DNA of 60,991 bases, counting the filler, from Sanchytrium tribonematis (Eukaryota), in the NCBI GenBank assembly GCA_018985235.1. It is 11 parts of 11 records of this genome, joined end to end, with 100 filler letters (N's around TTAATTAATTAA, not from the genome) between each part and the next. Parts side by side here need not be neighbours in the genome. Positions count along the whole stretch, not along the records: positions 16,812 to 22,261 come from JADGIG010000603.1; positions 22,362 to 27,809 come from JADGIG010000604.1; positions 27,910 to 33,355 come from JADGIG010000605.1; 8 more parts are not named here. One strand, 5' to 3'. Under the pieces are notes generated by a model, which saw nothing but the letters and a program-made list of their open reading frames with translations, ran no database searches and was not told the DNA's origin. Within the stretch, counting starts at the first letter, position 1. Each line of letters starts with the position of its first letter. This document shows, in pieces, positions 21,043 through 31,748 of this stretch. The translations under genes were made by a program, and so were the position numbers.

Positions 21043-21372
21043 TCATCTGATTTCAAAATCGGTCTTCTTTAGAGGTTTACCATGTGATTTGATCTTCCTA
21101 TGGTTATTTAAATGCCCAATTCTACTATATGCCTTCTCACATTTTGGAAAATTGCAGTTATACATCCTATTTACCTGATATGCGGATTTCCGTTGATCAT
21201 CATAGACTATCGGAGCTATATAATTTATGTTTGGTGACGCATATGGCAGTAAATGTGGCCGGGTGACACGATTTTCATCAATTTCACTAGTAGTCGCTTT
21301 TTGATCCATAATAGTGGTAGCAGCATTTATGTTAAATGTTTCTGGGTTAAATTCTTCGTGGTATATCGTCAT
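21043..21372 (-). CDS. Single C2H2 zinc-finger microprotein, Con7-like (copy 3)
   Basis: VNRMYNCNFPKCEKAYSRIGHLNNHRKIKSHG; start placed at ATG 21372 (or 21381) by the shared NPE.FN motif. Confidence 0.8.
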   Translation of the reverse strand: MTIYHEEFNPETFNINAATTIMDQKATTSEIDENRVTRPHLLPYASPNINYIAPIVYDDQRKSAYQVNRMYNCNFPKCEKAYSRIGHLNNHRKIKSHGKPLKKTDFEIR

Positions 21373-21473
21373 GAATTTCATTAGTAGATTCCAGTTTCGT
21401 TTGGGGGACGCCGCGATGACTCCAAACAATCTCCGTGAAATATCCGCTCTAAAATCAAATTTCAAATATTTTT

Positions 21474-21680
21474 TTACTGAAAATCTGCTTTACAAAGTGG
21501 TACACCATGTTGTGCATTTCTTCTGTGTGTATTTAAGTGACTGATTTGACCATAACTTTTATAGCAATTTATCTTGCTACACTCATAAACCCTATTAATT
21601 TCCGATGCCAGTCTCCTACTTCTAGTAAAAGGTGTATTTAGAACTTGTATTAGATTAAATGATTCAGGATTATAACTCAT
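21474..21680 (-). CDS. Single C2H2 zinc-finger microprotein, Con7-like (copy 2)
   Basis: RSRRLASEINRVYECSKINCYKSYGQISHLNTHRRNAQHG. Confidence 0.85.
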   Translation of the reverse strand: MSYNPESFNLIQVLNTPFTRSRRLASEINRVYECSKINCYKSYGQISHLNTHRRNAQHGVPLCKADFQ

Positions 21681-21784
21681 TTACTTGAAAAGATCTCTAT
21701 TTCTTTTAAGCATCTGTCTAGTGGCCCCTCTTTCAAAATTTCGGATTATGACGCCATTTTAAACAAAATGAAACCAAATTTTTA

Positions 21785-22009
21785 TTAAACTAATTTAAAG
21801 TCTTTCTTTCTAAGTGGCAATCCATGCTTCAAGTCTCTTCTGTGGGTATTTAAATGACTAATAGTCCCATAACTTCGGCAGCAATTTGGATAATTGCATC
21901 GATATCGTCGATTGATTTGATTCTTTAATCTTCTATATCTTTTAGGTGTCCCATCTCCCAATACAAATGATAAATTAAACATTTCCGGATTATATTCCAA
22001 GTAACCCAT
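21785..22009 (-). CDS. Single C2H2 zinc-finger microprotein, Con7-like (copy 1)
   Basis: KRYRRLKNQINRRYRCNYPNCCRSYGTISHLNTHRRDLKHG. Confidence 0.85.
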   Translation of the reverse strand: MGYLEYNPEMFNLSFVLGDGTPKRYRRLKNQINRRYRCNYPNCCRSYGTISHLNTHRRDLKHGLPLRKKDFKLV

Positions 22010-22361
22010 TTTTCAAATGTTTATTAGATTTTCATTTATAGTCCCTCTAAAGATTGCACATCGAATTAACATGCTTTGTCACACTGGACACAATATGAAA
22101 TGACATGCGTGCTATTTAAAATGTATACGTCTCTCTAAATCCTCAGAAGTATCAAATTTATTTTCCCTTTGTAATTCTCTTACTAAACATGATAATCATT
22201 AATACCCAACACACAATTAATGCCAAATGCATCCAAAATTCATAAACAGTCTCCAAAATAGNNNNNNNNNNNNNNNNNNNNNNNNNNNNNNNNNNNNNNN
22301 NNNNNTTAATTAATTAANNNNNNNNNNNNNNNNNNNNNNNNNNNNNNNNNNNNNNNNNNNN

Positions 22362-23417
22362 AATAGATGGTAGATTAACTACGTTTCTAGGTGGCGTATT
22401 TGCAAGTTGCTGAGCTGAAGATCGTCTACGGTGATTTGACTGAAAATGCGTCCTTGAGGGAGAGGTTTGATTGTAATTTAGAGTTGATTTCTGCAAATTA
22501 CTCAATTGGGACCCATGATTAGCTTGTCCGAATTTCAATTTGTCAATAGATGGCAGTTGATGGACACCTGGCAATTGAATTTGTTGATTTTTATGACTTT
22601 GAGCAGGTTCTAATCTTCTAGAGCTTAATTGAGGCACACCACTATAATCTATCTTTAATTTAGTGTCTGTAGATTTGATTAATCCGATAATAAATGTAGA
22701 TTTCTCAGATAATTTAAATTTACGACATCCCAATAAATGCTCAATAATATCGTATAAAATTGGTCCACAATTCTTTAAGCACCCACAATTAAAGTTGTTA
22801 TTCACAAATTGACCATAGTTCTTTAAAAATGTCTTGTAATTTGGTAAATTGTTGATTTCATCTCTGTTGATTGGTGTTTTCGCAAATGTTGCTGCTGCAC
22901 TAAATGGGACTATTCTCCCTTTTTCCATTCTCCACATATCATTCTTGAGATTATAATGTATCTTGAAAAGCGAGTGCATGTGCTCACATCTTCTTAAATG
23001 ACGCGTAATCGCAATACTCGATAAAGCATTCTCTGTAGCACAACATCCACAAATAAACACCTTTTTGTCCTCATCTACTTGTCCAAATTCCTGTAGTAGT
23101 TGATAATAGGTCGCATCTTCTTCCTCTGTATTGATTTTACTTGTTAAAAGAGATTGTAATTGTTTTAAATCCAAATCCAATTCTTCAACTGGTTTCTGCT
23201 GTGATTCGCGTAATTTATACTCTTCTTTAATATGTTGTAGTATATGCTCAATAATTACGCTCTTTTTAATGCCCAATTTCTTTTGACAAACACAAATATA
23301 CTTCTCTTCTTTATCCTGTCCCTGGAATTCACCATACTTCTTTGTTTTTATATAATCTTTCCAACTTAATTCCTCGTGTTCTTCTATATTTAATTTGTTT
23401 GGTTCTAATATCATCAT
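22362..23417 (-). CDS. Hypothetical protein with three CxC...HxxxC/H repeats, 3' end cut by contig edge
   Basis: YICVC...IEHILQH, FICGC...TRHLRRC, FNCGC...IEHLLGC; low-complexity Q/P/S tail. Confidence 0.75.
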
Positions 23418-23718
23418 ATTGAAGTCGCTGTTTAAAAGGGGCGTCTCCAGGAGATTTATATATATTTGATTGGTTGTAAATTAATGAGACCGATCATTGG
23501 TTGTTTAACTAGAGAACATTTATTGCTATATACAGAGTATTTCATCAAGTTTTATAGAAACATCTAGATTATGTAATGAAACTTGGAGATTTTCATGACG
23601 CGTTGAAACCTATTTAAAAAATCCCATTTAAGATATCAACCAGAAATGTTGTGAATGACCAGCACATGTAATTGACCTATATTGACAGTATAAAATACAC
23701 ACGAGCCCCCATTTTTAA

Positions 23719-24996
23719 ATGTTTTTGACCATTTTAAACGCTCTACAGGTCTCTATAGACTGTGAATCCGTGTATTATCTATCCATGTCACTCACAAACA
23801 ACAATAAAACCATTTCCAGTCCATATCTATCCAATTGCTGCATCAAAAATGTATTTTGCGTCAATAATCGCGTAGATACCATTTTATGGTACAATCTCAA
23901 GTATTCTGGTACCATCAATAGCACTGCATTATCAAAATTGACTCAATTAACCACATTGGATCTTCATGATAATCAAATTAAAGGACCCATCAATAATTTA
24001 CCCAGTTTACTGACAATTATTGATTTAAGCAATAACTTATTTACTGAATCACTCACATTGCCACCACTGACTCAGTATATTTATATCTCCAACAATGATT
24101 TCTCCAAATTGACTCTAAATGCAAAAATATTAGAAATCCACGCATCCAATAACAATTTAAATCAATCCATCTCCATTCCCAATACGTGTAATCAAATTTA
24201 TTTGGACAATAACCAATTGTATGGCTCATTGAATATCCCATCTATTGCTACAGATGTCTCCATTTTCAATAATTTATTAAATTCTTTGATGATTCCCTCT
24301 AATTCCCAATTACAATCCCTCTATGCGTCTCACAACCATCTCAACCAGGTCTTGAATAGTCAATCATTCCCTCCATCCCTCTCAAATGTTGATTTATCCT
24401 ATAATCAATTATCTGGATCCATCACATTAAATTCTGTAAATTCTGTATATTTACAATTTAATCAACTAAGTGGCATTACCATTAATGATACTAGTAATTT
24501 AATGTCTTATTTACCTGATAAATACTGTGATTTAAGCCATAATGTGTTTCAACATTTATATGAGAATATTTGTGAATATAACACACCATTTGAAGTGACA
24601 GTGGATGCGCCAATGACTCAAACACAAAAGAATCAAGCAATTAGTCCCTATACTAGTCTCACAGGACAGGCTATCCAAACTAAGCAGAATCAACCAAATG
24701 CAGCTAAGTCTGATTCAAACAATGTTTCAATTGATGCAAAATCAACCCATGTGGAAATGCAAGCATCTACACTCAGTGCAATTAGTTCAAGCAGTGATTT
24801 TAATAGTTTATATGTAGTAACATCACAAACAACAGCCACTACCACTACTAGTTTATCTAAAGCTGTAGCAACAACTACTAGCATTTCTTCACAGGTAACA
24901 TCGCATGGGGATCCATTGGCAACCAATACACCTTCTAGTGCTACAAACACAAACATTCAAGTTGTCATGTGCTTTATTTTAATAAATATGATGTGA
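23719..24996 (+). CDS. LRR surface protein with Ser/Thr stalk, possibly GPI-anchored
   Basis: SIDC...NCC cap, LRRs, CDLSHN cap, S/T-rich stalk, hydrophobic extreme C-terminus. Confidence 0.9.
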   Translation: MFLTILNALQVSIDCESVYYLSMSLTNNNKTISSPYLSNCCIKNVFCVNNRVDTILWYNLKYSGTINSTALSKLTQLTTLDLHDNQIKGPINNLPSLLTIIDLSNNLFTESLTLPPLTQYIYISNNDFSKLTLNAKILEIHASNNNLNQSISIPNTCNQIYLDNNQLYGSLNIPSIATDVSIFNNLLNSLMIPSNSQLQSLYASHNHLNQVLNSQSFPPSLSNVDLSYNQLSGSITLNSVNSVYLQFNQLSGITINDTSNLMSYLPDKYCDLSHNVFQHLYENICEYNTPFEVTVDAPMTQTQKNQAISPYTSLTGQAIQTKQNQPNAAKSDSNNVSIDAKSTHVEMQASTLSAISSSSDFNSLYVVTSQTTATTTTSLSKAVATTTSISSQVTSHGDPLATNTPSSATNTNIQVVMCFILINMM

Positions 24997-25622
24997 TATT
25001 AGCAATATACATTTGAAATTCATTCGCATATTTTGAGAATTGTGTTTGGTGGGTTTTATGCCATTCATCCATTTCCAGTGGATTTCGAGTTATTGAAGCA
25101 ATTATATTTGACAAATGTTTATGGTGTGGTATATGCTCAAGATGTGGTAATTGCTACAATTGGTGCCAATCCGTGTTTATGAAAATGTATCACCCATGCT
25201 GGCTTGGTTGCGTGACTTTATTGGTAAAAAGAGAATCCAACAATGCGGCATTTAGACAAGTTACGAGACCATTTGCATATACATTGCAACAGGGGAGATA
25301 TCTTTGATAAGAGATGTAAACAGAATAGAAATTTTGATAAAATGACCGTTGAGGACACTTTGTTTTAATACCGACTTGAAATAAATGGTACGTGTGACAT
25401 CTAGTTTTAGATTTAGATGGCCCAATCAGTTGATTTTCCTGATTTCCATTGTAAACAATGTCAGAGAATCTATTAATCAAAATGACCAAAATCAGTTCCA
25501 ATGACACGCCCAATGCACCAGTATTAGTAGAATATGAAGACAAGTCAAAGAGCGTGCAACATTCTTTGTATTACACTCTCTATCCACACTACTTACAACA
25601 ATAAATCAAATATTTCATTTAT

Positions 25623-26273
25623 TTACCATGGGATTGGATTTCCAAGGTGATCTACATATAAATAAGGAACAGTAGAGTCTATTATTTTGATGACATGTTG
25701 AATTGCTTCATTTGGTGTCATATCACCTTTAAAATCACTCATTTTGGTCTTTACGAGTCCAGGATCAATTATCTTGATTGGTATACTCAATTCTAATGAT
25801 AATGACTTGATCATGGCGTGTAACGCAGTTCTACTAGCAGGATATTCATATGTATTCTTTGTTAATAATGAAATAGATCCTTGTTTGGATGAAATAATGA
25901 TAATTTGAGGCTGTTTAGATTGATTTAGTAGTGGCAATAGTGTTTGAATGAGTAGAATAGGTCCAATTGCATTGATTTTGAAGTGATTCAACATGGAATC
26001 CTGTTTTAATTCATGAAATGGTATAATTGAATAAATAGCAGCATTAGAAATGAGCAGATCTAATGGTTCATCAATATAGTGAATAATTTGACGAATAGAT
26101 GCTTCACTAGTCAATTCTAATGGGATTATGGTCGCATAATTTGATAATTCTTCATTTTTGATGTTTGAAATGTTTCTCATGGTTCCATACACTTTATAAT
26201 TTAAACTGAAATAATATTTAGCATATTCCAATCCCATGCCTCTATTTGCACCTGTAATAAGCACGGTTGGCAT
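25623..26273 (-). CDS. Short-chain dehydrogenase/reductase (C-factor/CsgA-like)
   Basis: VLITGANRGMG, LISNAA, SSKQGS, YPASR, DPGLVKTKM; first ATG at 26273. Confidence 0.9.
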   Translation of the reverse strand: MPTVLITGANRGMGLEYAKYYFSLNYKVYGTMRNISNIKNEELSNYATIIPLELTSEASIRQIIHYIDEPLDLLISNAAIYSIIPFHELKQDSMLNHFKINAIGPILLIQTLLPLLNQSKQPQIIIISSKQGSISLLTKNTYEYPASRTALHAMIKSLSLELSIPIKIIDPGLVKTKMSDFKGDMTPNEAIQHVIKIIDSTVPYLYVDHLGNPIPW

Positions 26274-26655
26274 GACGGAGATATGCGTCAAAAAACATTT
26301 TCTCAAAAATCAGCACACTTTAGTATATGCGATCAATTATACACGAAGTCATTCAGAGTAGTTAAGTAGAAGCAATTAATTTCGAACAGAACAAACAAAT
26401 TCATCAAATCATTTAAATATGCGCATATTTGTGATTCTAAAGTCAGTAATTCCATTCATTTAGATTCATTATTTGTAGACTAAAAACATGCTATTATAAA
26501 AGAAGATTAATCTAAGATTGACTATTTACCCTCCTCATTTTCAGCCGCAATGTCTATTCTGTCGTGTTTTTAGAGAAAGTCTTATCAATCAGTCATTTAA
26601 ACTAAATTTATCATTCATCTTCACTGGTACGATGCTGGTATACGATCATCTGTTG

Positions 26656-27110
26656 TTAGAAATCACGATAAATGAGCACGCGGCGATCACAACTAAAATG
26701 TTGCTCAGAAAACGTGATTCCATTTTGAAGCATCCCCTTTTTCGATGGATTCGTCAAATAGTAGTTATTCAACTCGCTTAAAAGTAGAAAGAATGGAAGA
26801 TGTAGATAAGTGTCCCACGATGGTGTATTATAGAGGTACCTCCCATTCATGTAGGATCTATGAGTATTCAACATCCCATGGTTTTTAACATTTTCTGGCC
26901 CATTATCAATGAAGGCGTGCCTGTACCACCCTTGAAGCAGCAATAAACAATGGACTCTATGATTTTGAAGTGATATGGAGTGTATTTACGAGTATTAAAG
27001 TGATTTTTAGTAATTTTAGGGACTCAACTAGTCCGCATACCACGTTATTACCAGGCATGAATGTAGAAATTATGACTGATTTGAATAGTATTTGGATCTA
27101 ATCTACCCAA
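26656..27110 (-). pseudogene. Possible decayed DDE integrase-core/transposase fragment
   Basis: Broken frames LGRLDPNTIQISHNFYIHA and FIDNGPENV...RSYMNGRYLYN resemble W.IDG...F.IHG.IDG and D.G.EN...S.I.G.S.HN rve-type motifs. Confidence 0.35.
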
Positions 27111-27144
27111 TTCAATGACGCTGCATGTCATGTCAATTTACATT

Positions 27145-27169
27145 TTGAAAGGACTAAAACATTTCGAAA
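27145..27169 (+). repeat. 25-nt exact direct repeat (second copy 27785-27809, at contig end)
   Basis: ttgaaaggactaaaacatttcgaaa occurs twice, 640 nt apart. Confidence 0.95.
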
Positions 27170-27909
27170 AATATTTGAATTTTAAGCATGATGATTTCAT
27201 TCCGCAATCTCCTTTAGTTGATTCTGTCACTTGGTGACTTGAATCAATATCTAATCCCTGTATGACTAAAAATGCTAAAAATTATAAATTTTTGGAGAGA
27301 TCGGGCCAGCAGATCGTCAGTTTAAATTATATCTCCGTCCTCTTCAAACACGCGTTTGACTCTCAAATGCCGAATCCATTAAGCAGAAACTGTTCTAACT
27401 ACTCTATAGAATCCACTGAACAAATGAAGAATGTCAAGAATAAGCCTACGCTCGTAAGGCATCAAAACTCGAGCATGGCTATCAGGCACCCAATAATCCA
27501 TGTAATACGGGAAATGATGAAAGATGAGAGGTATCCAGACTTATAAGCAGCTGATAAGGGTCGAATAAATAGATTTTTGCACCCGATTTGCTTTTATTTG
27601 GAATCTCCGATGCCTTCGGGTCAGCAAATTCGAGCTCCAAATAGATCAAACCTCCTTTTAAAAGTCCATCATGGACGTTATTGGGACTAATCCTACCATG
27701 AGAGCACTCTTTAAGTATGATTGGGACTGTTAAAGTGCAACTTTACACATAAAATGTTTCAAGGCATTATTTATTGAAAAATAATTGAAAGGACTAAAAC
27801 ATTTCGAAANNNNNNNNNNNNNNNNNNNNNNNNNNNNNNNNNNNNNNNNNNNNTTAATTAATTAANNNNNNNNNNNNNNNNNNNNNNNNNNNNNNNNNNN
27901 NNNNNNNNN

Positions 27910-28801
27910 GAATCGAACCTTGTCGAATGGGTGCGAAACTATGATATCTGTGAAATTCCTTGTATATTGAGCTATCCATAATCGAATTCATATGACTATA
28001 CATTATATCAGCGTCTATTTTTCTCAATTTAATTCGCAGTTGTAGGAATTGATTTTTTAGGATTAGCTGCTTGTCAGCAGACAATTTTCTGATTTTTTCA
28101 AATCTGAATGAAAAATTTTGGTCGAAAGATATCACCATAAGAATATTACTAGACCAACGATGTTCGTACAATACAACTGCTGAATCAAAAACAACACAGT
28201 AAATCGTGTTATAGCCACTCCAATGCAACGCTTGAATTAATTTCGATTTTTTCACAAGATGGAAAGCTTTAAGCTGTAATTCAAGCGGTTTGTATGACAT
28301 ACTGAATGAATTTGCTGATATGTTTAAAAAAGCTAGAATCTCACACTCTAATGAGGTAAATGTAAAATTGGCAAGCAGTCTTTCTAAATAATTCTGTAGT
28401 CTACCCGCTTGGTCTTCACCGGCTGAGTCTTTGATGTCTAAGGGAAAATCAGGAAGAGACGGAAGATCCCTTTTTCCAAATTTTTTCGACTTCAATTCGG
28501 CGTGCAACTTATATATAGATCCAACTTTTCTTTTCACACTCCATTCAATATCTCCATATTTACAATGTATAATAAAATGGTTGGCTTCTCTGTCGACTCT
28601 CAAAAGAATGTAGCAAGACATTACGATTGTATTTCTCAATTGACATGGAACTAACATCGCCAATCTCAAAGTCCAGAAATAATGATCGTCACAAACAATG
28701 TTCTTTCTATTAAATGCTCGCTTTGCAGACTGCTTGACTTTTGCGACTGTCTTGGCCAAAACTGCAAATGATATCTTTCGCTGCTGTTGCTCTGTCTGCA
28801 T
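27910..28801 (-). CDS. Phospholipase D1/Spo14-type N-terminal PX-PH region, 3' end cut by contig edge
   Basis: PX-like KYG..EWSVKR...LH...LPDFP...LQNYL...FL, then a PH-like region and HRYHSFAPIR. Confidence 0.8.
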
Positions 28802-28917
28802 GTGCGAGTATGGAAAATTATTTTAGTCCATAAAGCTTCCAATTCCACGAAATTTGAAATGAAAGCGACAGTTTACGACTTCTCAATCAGTTTATTGGTT
28901 TTAATCTGAAATTGACT

Positions 28918-29190
28918 TCAGTCTAAATTTATTGGATTTAATGGTTTGTGTACAGGAACTTCATTTTCTTGCAGCTTAATGCCTTTCTTTTCCAACTCAG
29001 TCAACATGAGGTCGTATTGCATTCTCAGTCGCTCGATGGTATCTAATATGGCTTTTGTATCTGGAATTATTGTTGAGACTACTTGTGGATTGTGCAATGG
29101 CTTTCCCAAACTATTACATAATGAAATAAGTTGCTCCACTGCAATAATAATGTTCTGATCTATTAGATGCAATTCTTCAATTAAATCCAT
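28918..29190 (-). CDS. Small helical hypothetical protein
   Basis: Coiled-coil-like ORF; probable start MDLIEEL at 29190; AATAAA downstream. Confidence 0.5.
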   Translation of the reverse strand: MDLIEELHLIDQNIIIAVEQLISLCNSLGKPLHNPQVVSTIIPDTKAILDTIERLRMQYDLMLTELEKKGIKLQENEVPVHKPLNPINLD

Positions 29191-29196
29191 TTCGAA

Positions 29197-29940
29197 ATGA
29201 CTCCTCAAAACTTGATGAAAAGTATACACTTGAAGCCAGGGACAATGAAAGCTGTTTTGAGAAAATTCGCAGACAATAGTCCCTTAAGCCTCATAGACGT
29301 TCCCACCAAAATATTTTGCCTGCCCCCGAGAAGAGATGTTGTGTGGTCATGTTTAGAATGGCAAAGATCATTGATGCGACAAGGTACTGCTAGTGTGAAA
29401 GGCAGAGGTGAAGTCAAGGGTTCAGGAAGGAAAATGAGACCACAAAAGAAAAGTGGTAGAGCTAGGGCGGGTAACAAACGGGTTCCTCATTGGAAGGGAG
29501 GTTCTGTTGCTTTTGGTCCGAAGCCTCGATCATACGCGCAAAGACTTCCTCTGAAAATTAGAGAGCTAGGACTGAAAGTATTACTATCTGACAAATTGAA
29601 CAACGATGAATTACGATTTATAGACGGCTTTGAGCCAAAATTAGTCGGTAATGTTTTGAGACAACATTACACTCCGATTACAAAAGACGCCGCTTTAGGT
29701 GCCTTAAAAAATAATGGAAATTACGCCAGTGCTCTTCTTATAACAGGGGAGGATTCTGAGATATCACTACATCCTGAATTGCCTAGCAATGGAAAATTAG
29801 CTCGCATTTGCAATACTTTACGAAATGTTAAGAGTTTACACGTAAAAAATATAAATATTGCGGATGTTCTTGATCACCACTACATTATTATGGACACTCT
29901 CGCCAGAGAAAAACTTGAACATAGACTTTCGAGCAAGTAA
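29197..29940 (+). CDS. Mitochondrial ribosomal protein uL4m
   Basis: RQGTASVKGRGEVKGSGRKMRPQKKSGRARAG...WKGGSVAFGPKPR. Confidence 0.93.
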   Translation: MTPQNLMKSIHLKPGTMKAVLRKFADNSPLSLIDVPTKIFCLPPRRDVVWSCLEWQRSLMRQGTASVKGRGEVKGSGRKMRPQKKSGRARAGNKRVPHWKGGSVAFGPKPRSYAQRLPLKIRELGLKVLLSDKLNNDELRFIDGFEPKLVGNVLRQHYTPITKDAALGALKNNGNYASALLITGEDSEISLHPELPSNGKLARICNTLRNVKSLHVKNINIADVLDHHYIIMDTLAREKLEHRLSSK

Positions 29941-29945
29941 ATGTT

Positions 29946-31709
29946 TTATTTTATTAACGACAGAAATGAATTGGAGTCTAAACCCGAATTAAATGTCTTA
30001 AACATAGATGGAGATATAACCGTGGTACCTTTTTTTCTATTCGCAGTGTCGATATTAAAACTTAATAGGTCTTTCAGCTGTTTTTTCATATTTCGTCCAA
30101 CAGCCTTCCCGGCAACTTTTTCGAATTCAAGTTCATCTCCAAATTGATCGTCGTATTTCATTTGCTGAGACAAGTTTGCATTCTTGATTCTCTTCTCGTG
30201 ATCGGCTTTCTCAATTTGCTTTGCCAATAAGAGCCTAGGTTTCAAGTGTGAGCAAATTGAATTTTCAAGAGATAATAACTTAGAATTTGAAATTTCAACT
30301 GCTTTTAAAAATGTCCTATACTTTTGAAATTCTTCAGGCATCGAAAGTGCAATAGAAACACCTTTTCTATCGTAACGAGCTGTTCTGCCACTTCGATGAA
30401 TAAATATATCTACATCTCTCGGAATATCATAATGCACTACGCACTCAGTATCTTCAATATCGAGACCTCTAGCAGCAACATCGCTAGCTATCAAAATGCA
30501 GTTTGGAATGCTTTTAAAATCTTGCAATACTTTTAAACGCTGTCCCATCTTCATGTCACCTCTAATAGTCTTTATACTTCGATCAGGCAAAAGAAGCCGT
30601 AGTGTTCCAGCTAATCTTCTAACACCGTCAAGCGAATTGAGAAAAACCGCCGTTTTTCCAAGATAAGTGTGAGATAAATAATATAATGACAAATCCTTTT
30701 CAACCAACGTGACGCAGTCCATGTGAAAATGAGAAATGTTAGAATTTTTTTTCATATTGATTGTGCAAATTGATGGATTGAACGGAACGGTACCCAATAT
30801 TAATTTAGATTCAAGATTTGGAGTGGCAGAGGCACAACTTATAAAAAAGCTTTTTGACCAATTGGAAGTATCAGAACTAGTTTTCACCCTACGGAGAGCT
30901 AACCCAATTTTGTCAATTCCTTCAAGTCCTTTAAGTTTTTCGAATTCATCTAATATAAGCCATTCACAGTTCAAGTAGACTTTGTATAATAACTTGATTT
31001 CGCCTTCCTCAATTTTGTCGATTTCGTCTACAGAAATAACAGGCAAACTTTCGCTCAATTCTCCAAGCCGTCCAGGGGAAGATACAAGAACAACTTTTTC
31101 ACTTCTCAAGGCGTTAGCCAACATTCTGTCTTGCTTGTCTTGAGACATACCGCCTTGAATTTTTACGACTGACCAATTATCATATTGTGCTGTTAACTCT
31201 TTTAAGATAGTAGTAATTTGATTAACTAATTCTCTAGTTGGCGCCAAAATTAATGCAGACTTGAATCCAATTTGGGAAGTTAGTCTATGAATCATAGGAA
31301 GTAGAAATGACAAAGTTTTACCGCTTCCGGTTTGTGCTCCGATAAGCAGGTGACAAGGGCTTCTTTTGTTTTTACTGTACCATTTGAAAACTTGCTTTTG
31401 AATTTCAGATGGTTCAAAATTAAGCATATTTTGAGGAAGTGGACAGCACCAGCCGGGAAAAGAATGATTCAGTTGCCACTTTCCAAGCAGCACCTGATTT
31501 ATATCCTCGGCGAACGGGTCATCGTCGAAAATATAATTTGTAGGATTCTTATCATCTCCCACTGAGCTGACAGATTGACTATCAGAATTTTCCAAATGTG
31601 CCGGGCTGTAATTTTCAACCACTTCGAGACTTAATAACCCTTCATATCCAAAACCCGTCTCCACTGGTTTCCAATTTAAATCATCCAACTTCTGTCTTTT
31701 TAGTTTCAT
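29946..31709 (-). CDS. DEAD-box RNA helicase, DDX24/Mak5-like
   Basis: EGLLSLEVV N-terminal motif, AQTGSGKT, PTREL, DEFE (variant motif II), SAT, ARGLD, HRSGRTAR. Confidence 0.88.
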   Translation of the reverse strand: MKLKRQKLDDLNWKPVETGFGYEGLLSLEVVENYSPAHLENSDSQSVSSVGDDKNPTNYIFDDDPFAEDINQVLLGKWQLNHSFPGWCCPLPQNMLNFEPSEIQKQVFKWYSKNKRSPCHLLIGAQTGSGKTLSFLLPMIHRLTSQIGFKSALILAPTRELVNQITTILKELTAQYDNWSVVKIQGGMSQDKQDRMLANALRSEKVVLVSSPGRLGELSESLPVISVDEIDKIEEGEIKLLYKVYLNCEWLILDEFEKLKGLEGIDKIGLALRRVKTSSDTSNWSKSFFISCASATPNLESKLILGTVPFNPSICTINMKKNSNISHFHMDCVTLVEKDLSLYYLSHTYLGKTAVFLNSLDGVRRLAGTLRLLLPDRSIKTIRGDMKMGQRLKVLQDFKSIPNCILIASDVAARGLDIEDTECVVHYDIPRDVDIFIHRSGRTARYDRKGVSIALSMPEEFQKYRTFLKAVEISNSKLLSLENSICSHLKPRLLLAKQIEKADHEKRIKNANLSQQMKYDDQFGDELEFEKVAGKAVGRNMKKQLKDLLSFNIDTANRKKGTTVISPSMFKTFNSGLDSNSFLSLIK

Positions 31710-31748
31710 CCTATTTCCGTTGTTTACTTTCTTCAAACCAAAAATTGT

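Noticed and set aside
24997..25620. Coding-like fragments between the LRR and SDR genes
   Set aside because: No consistent start, motif or consensus 19-nt intron joins them.
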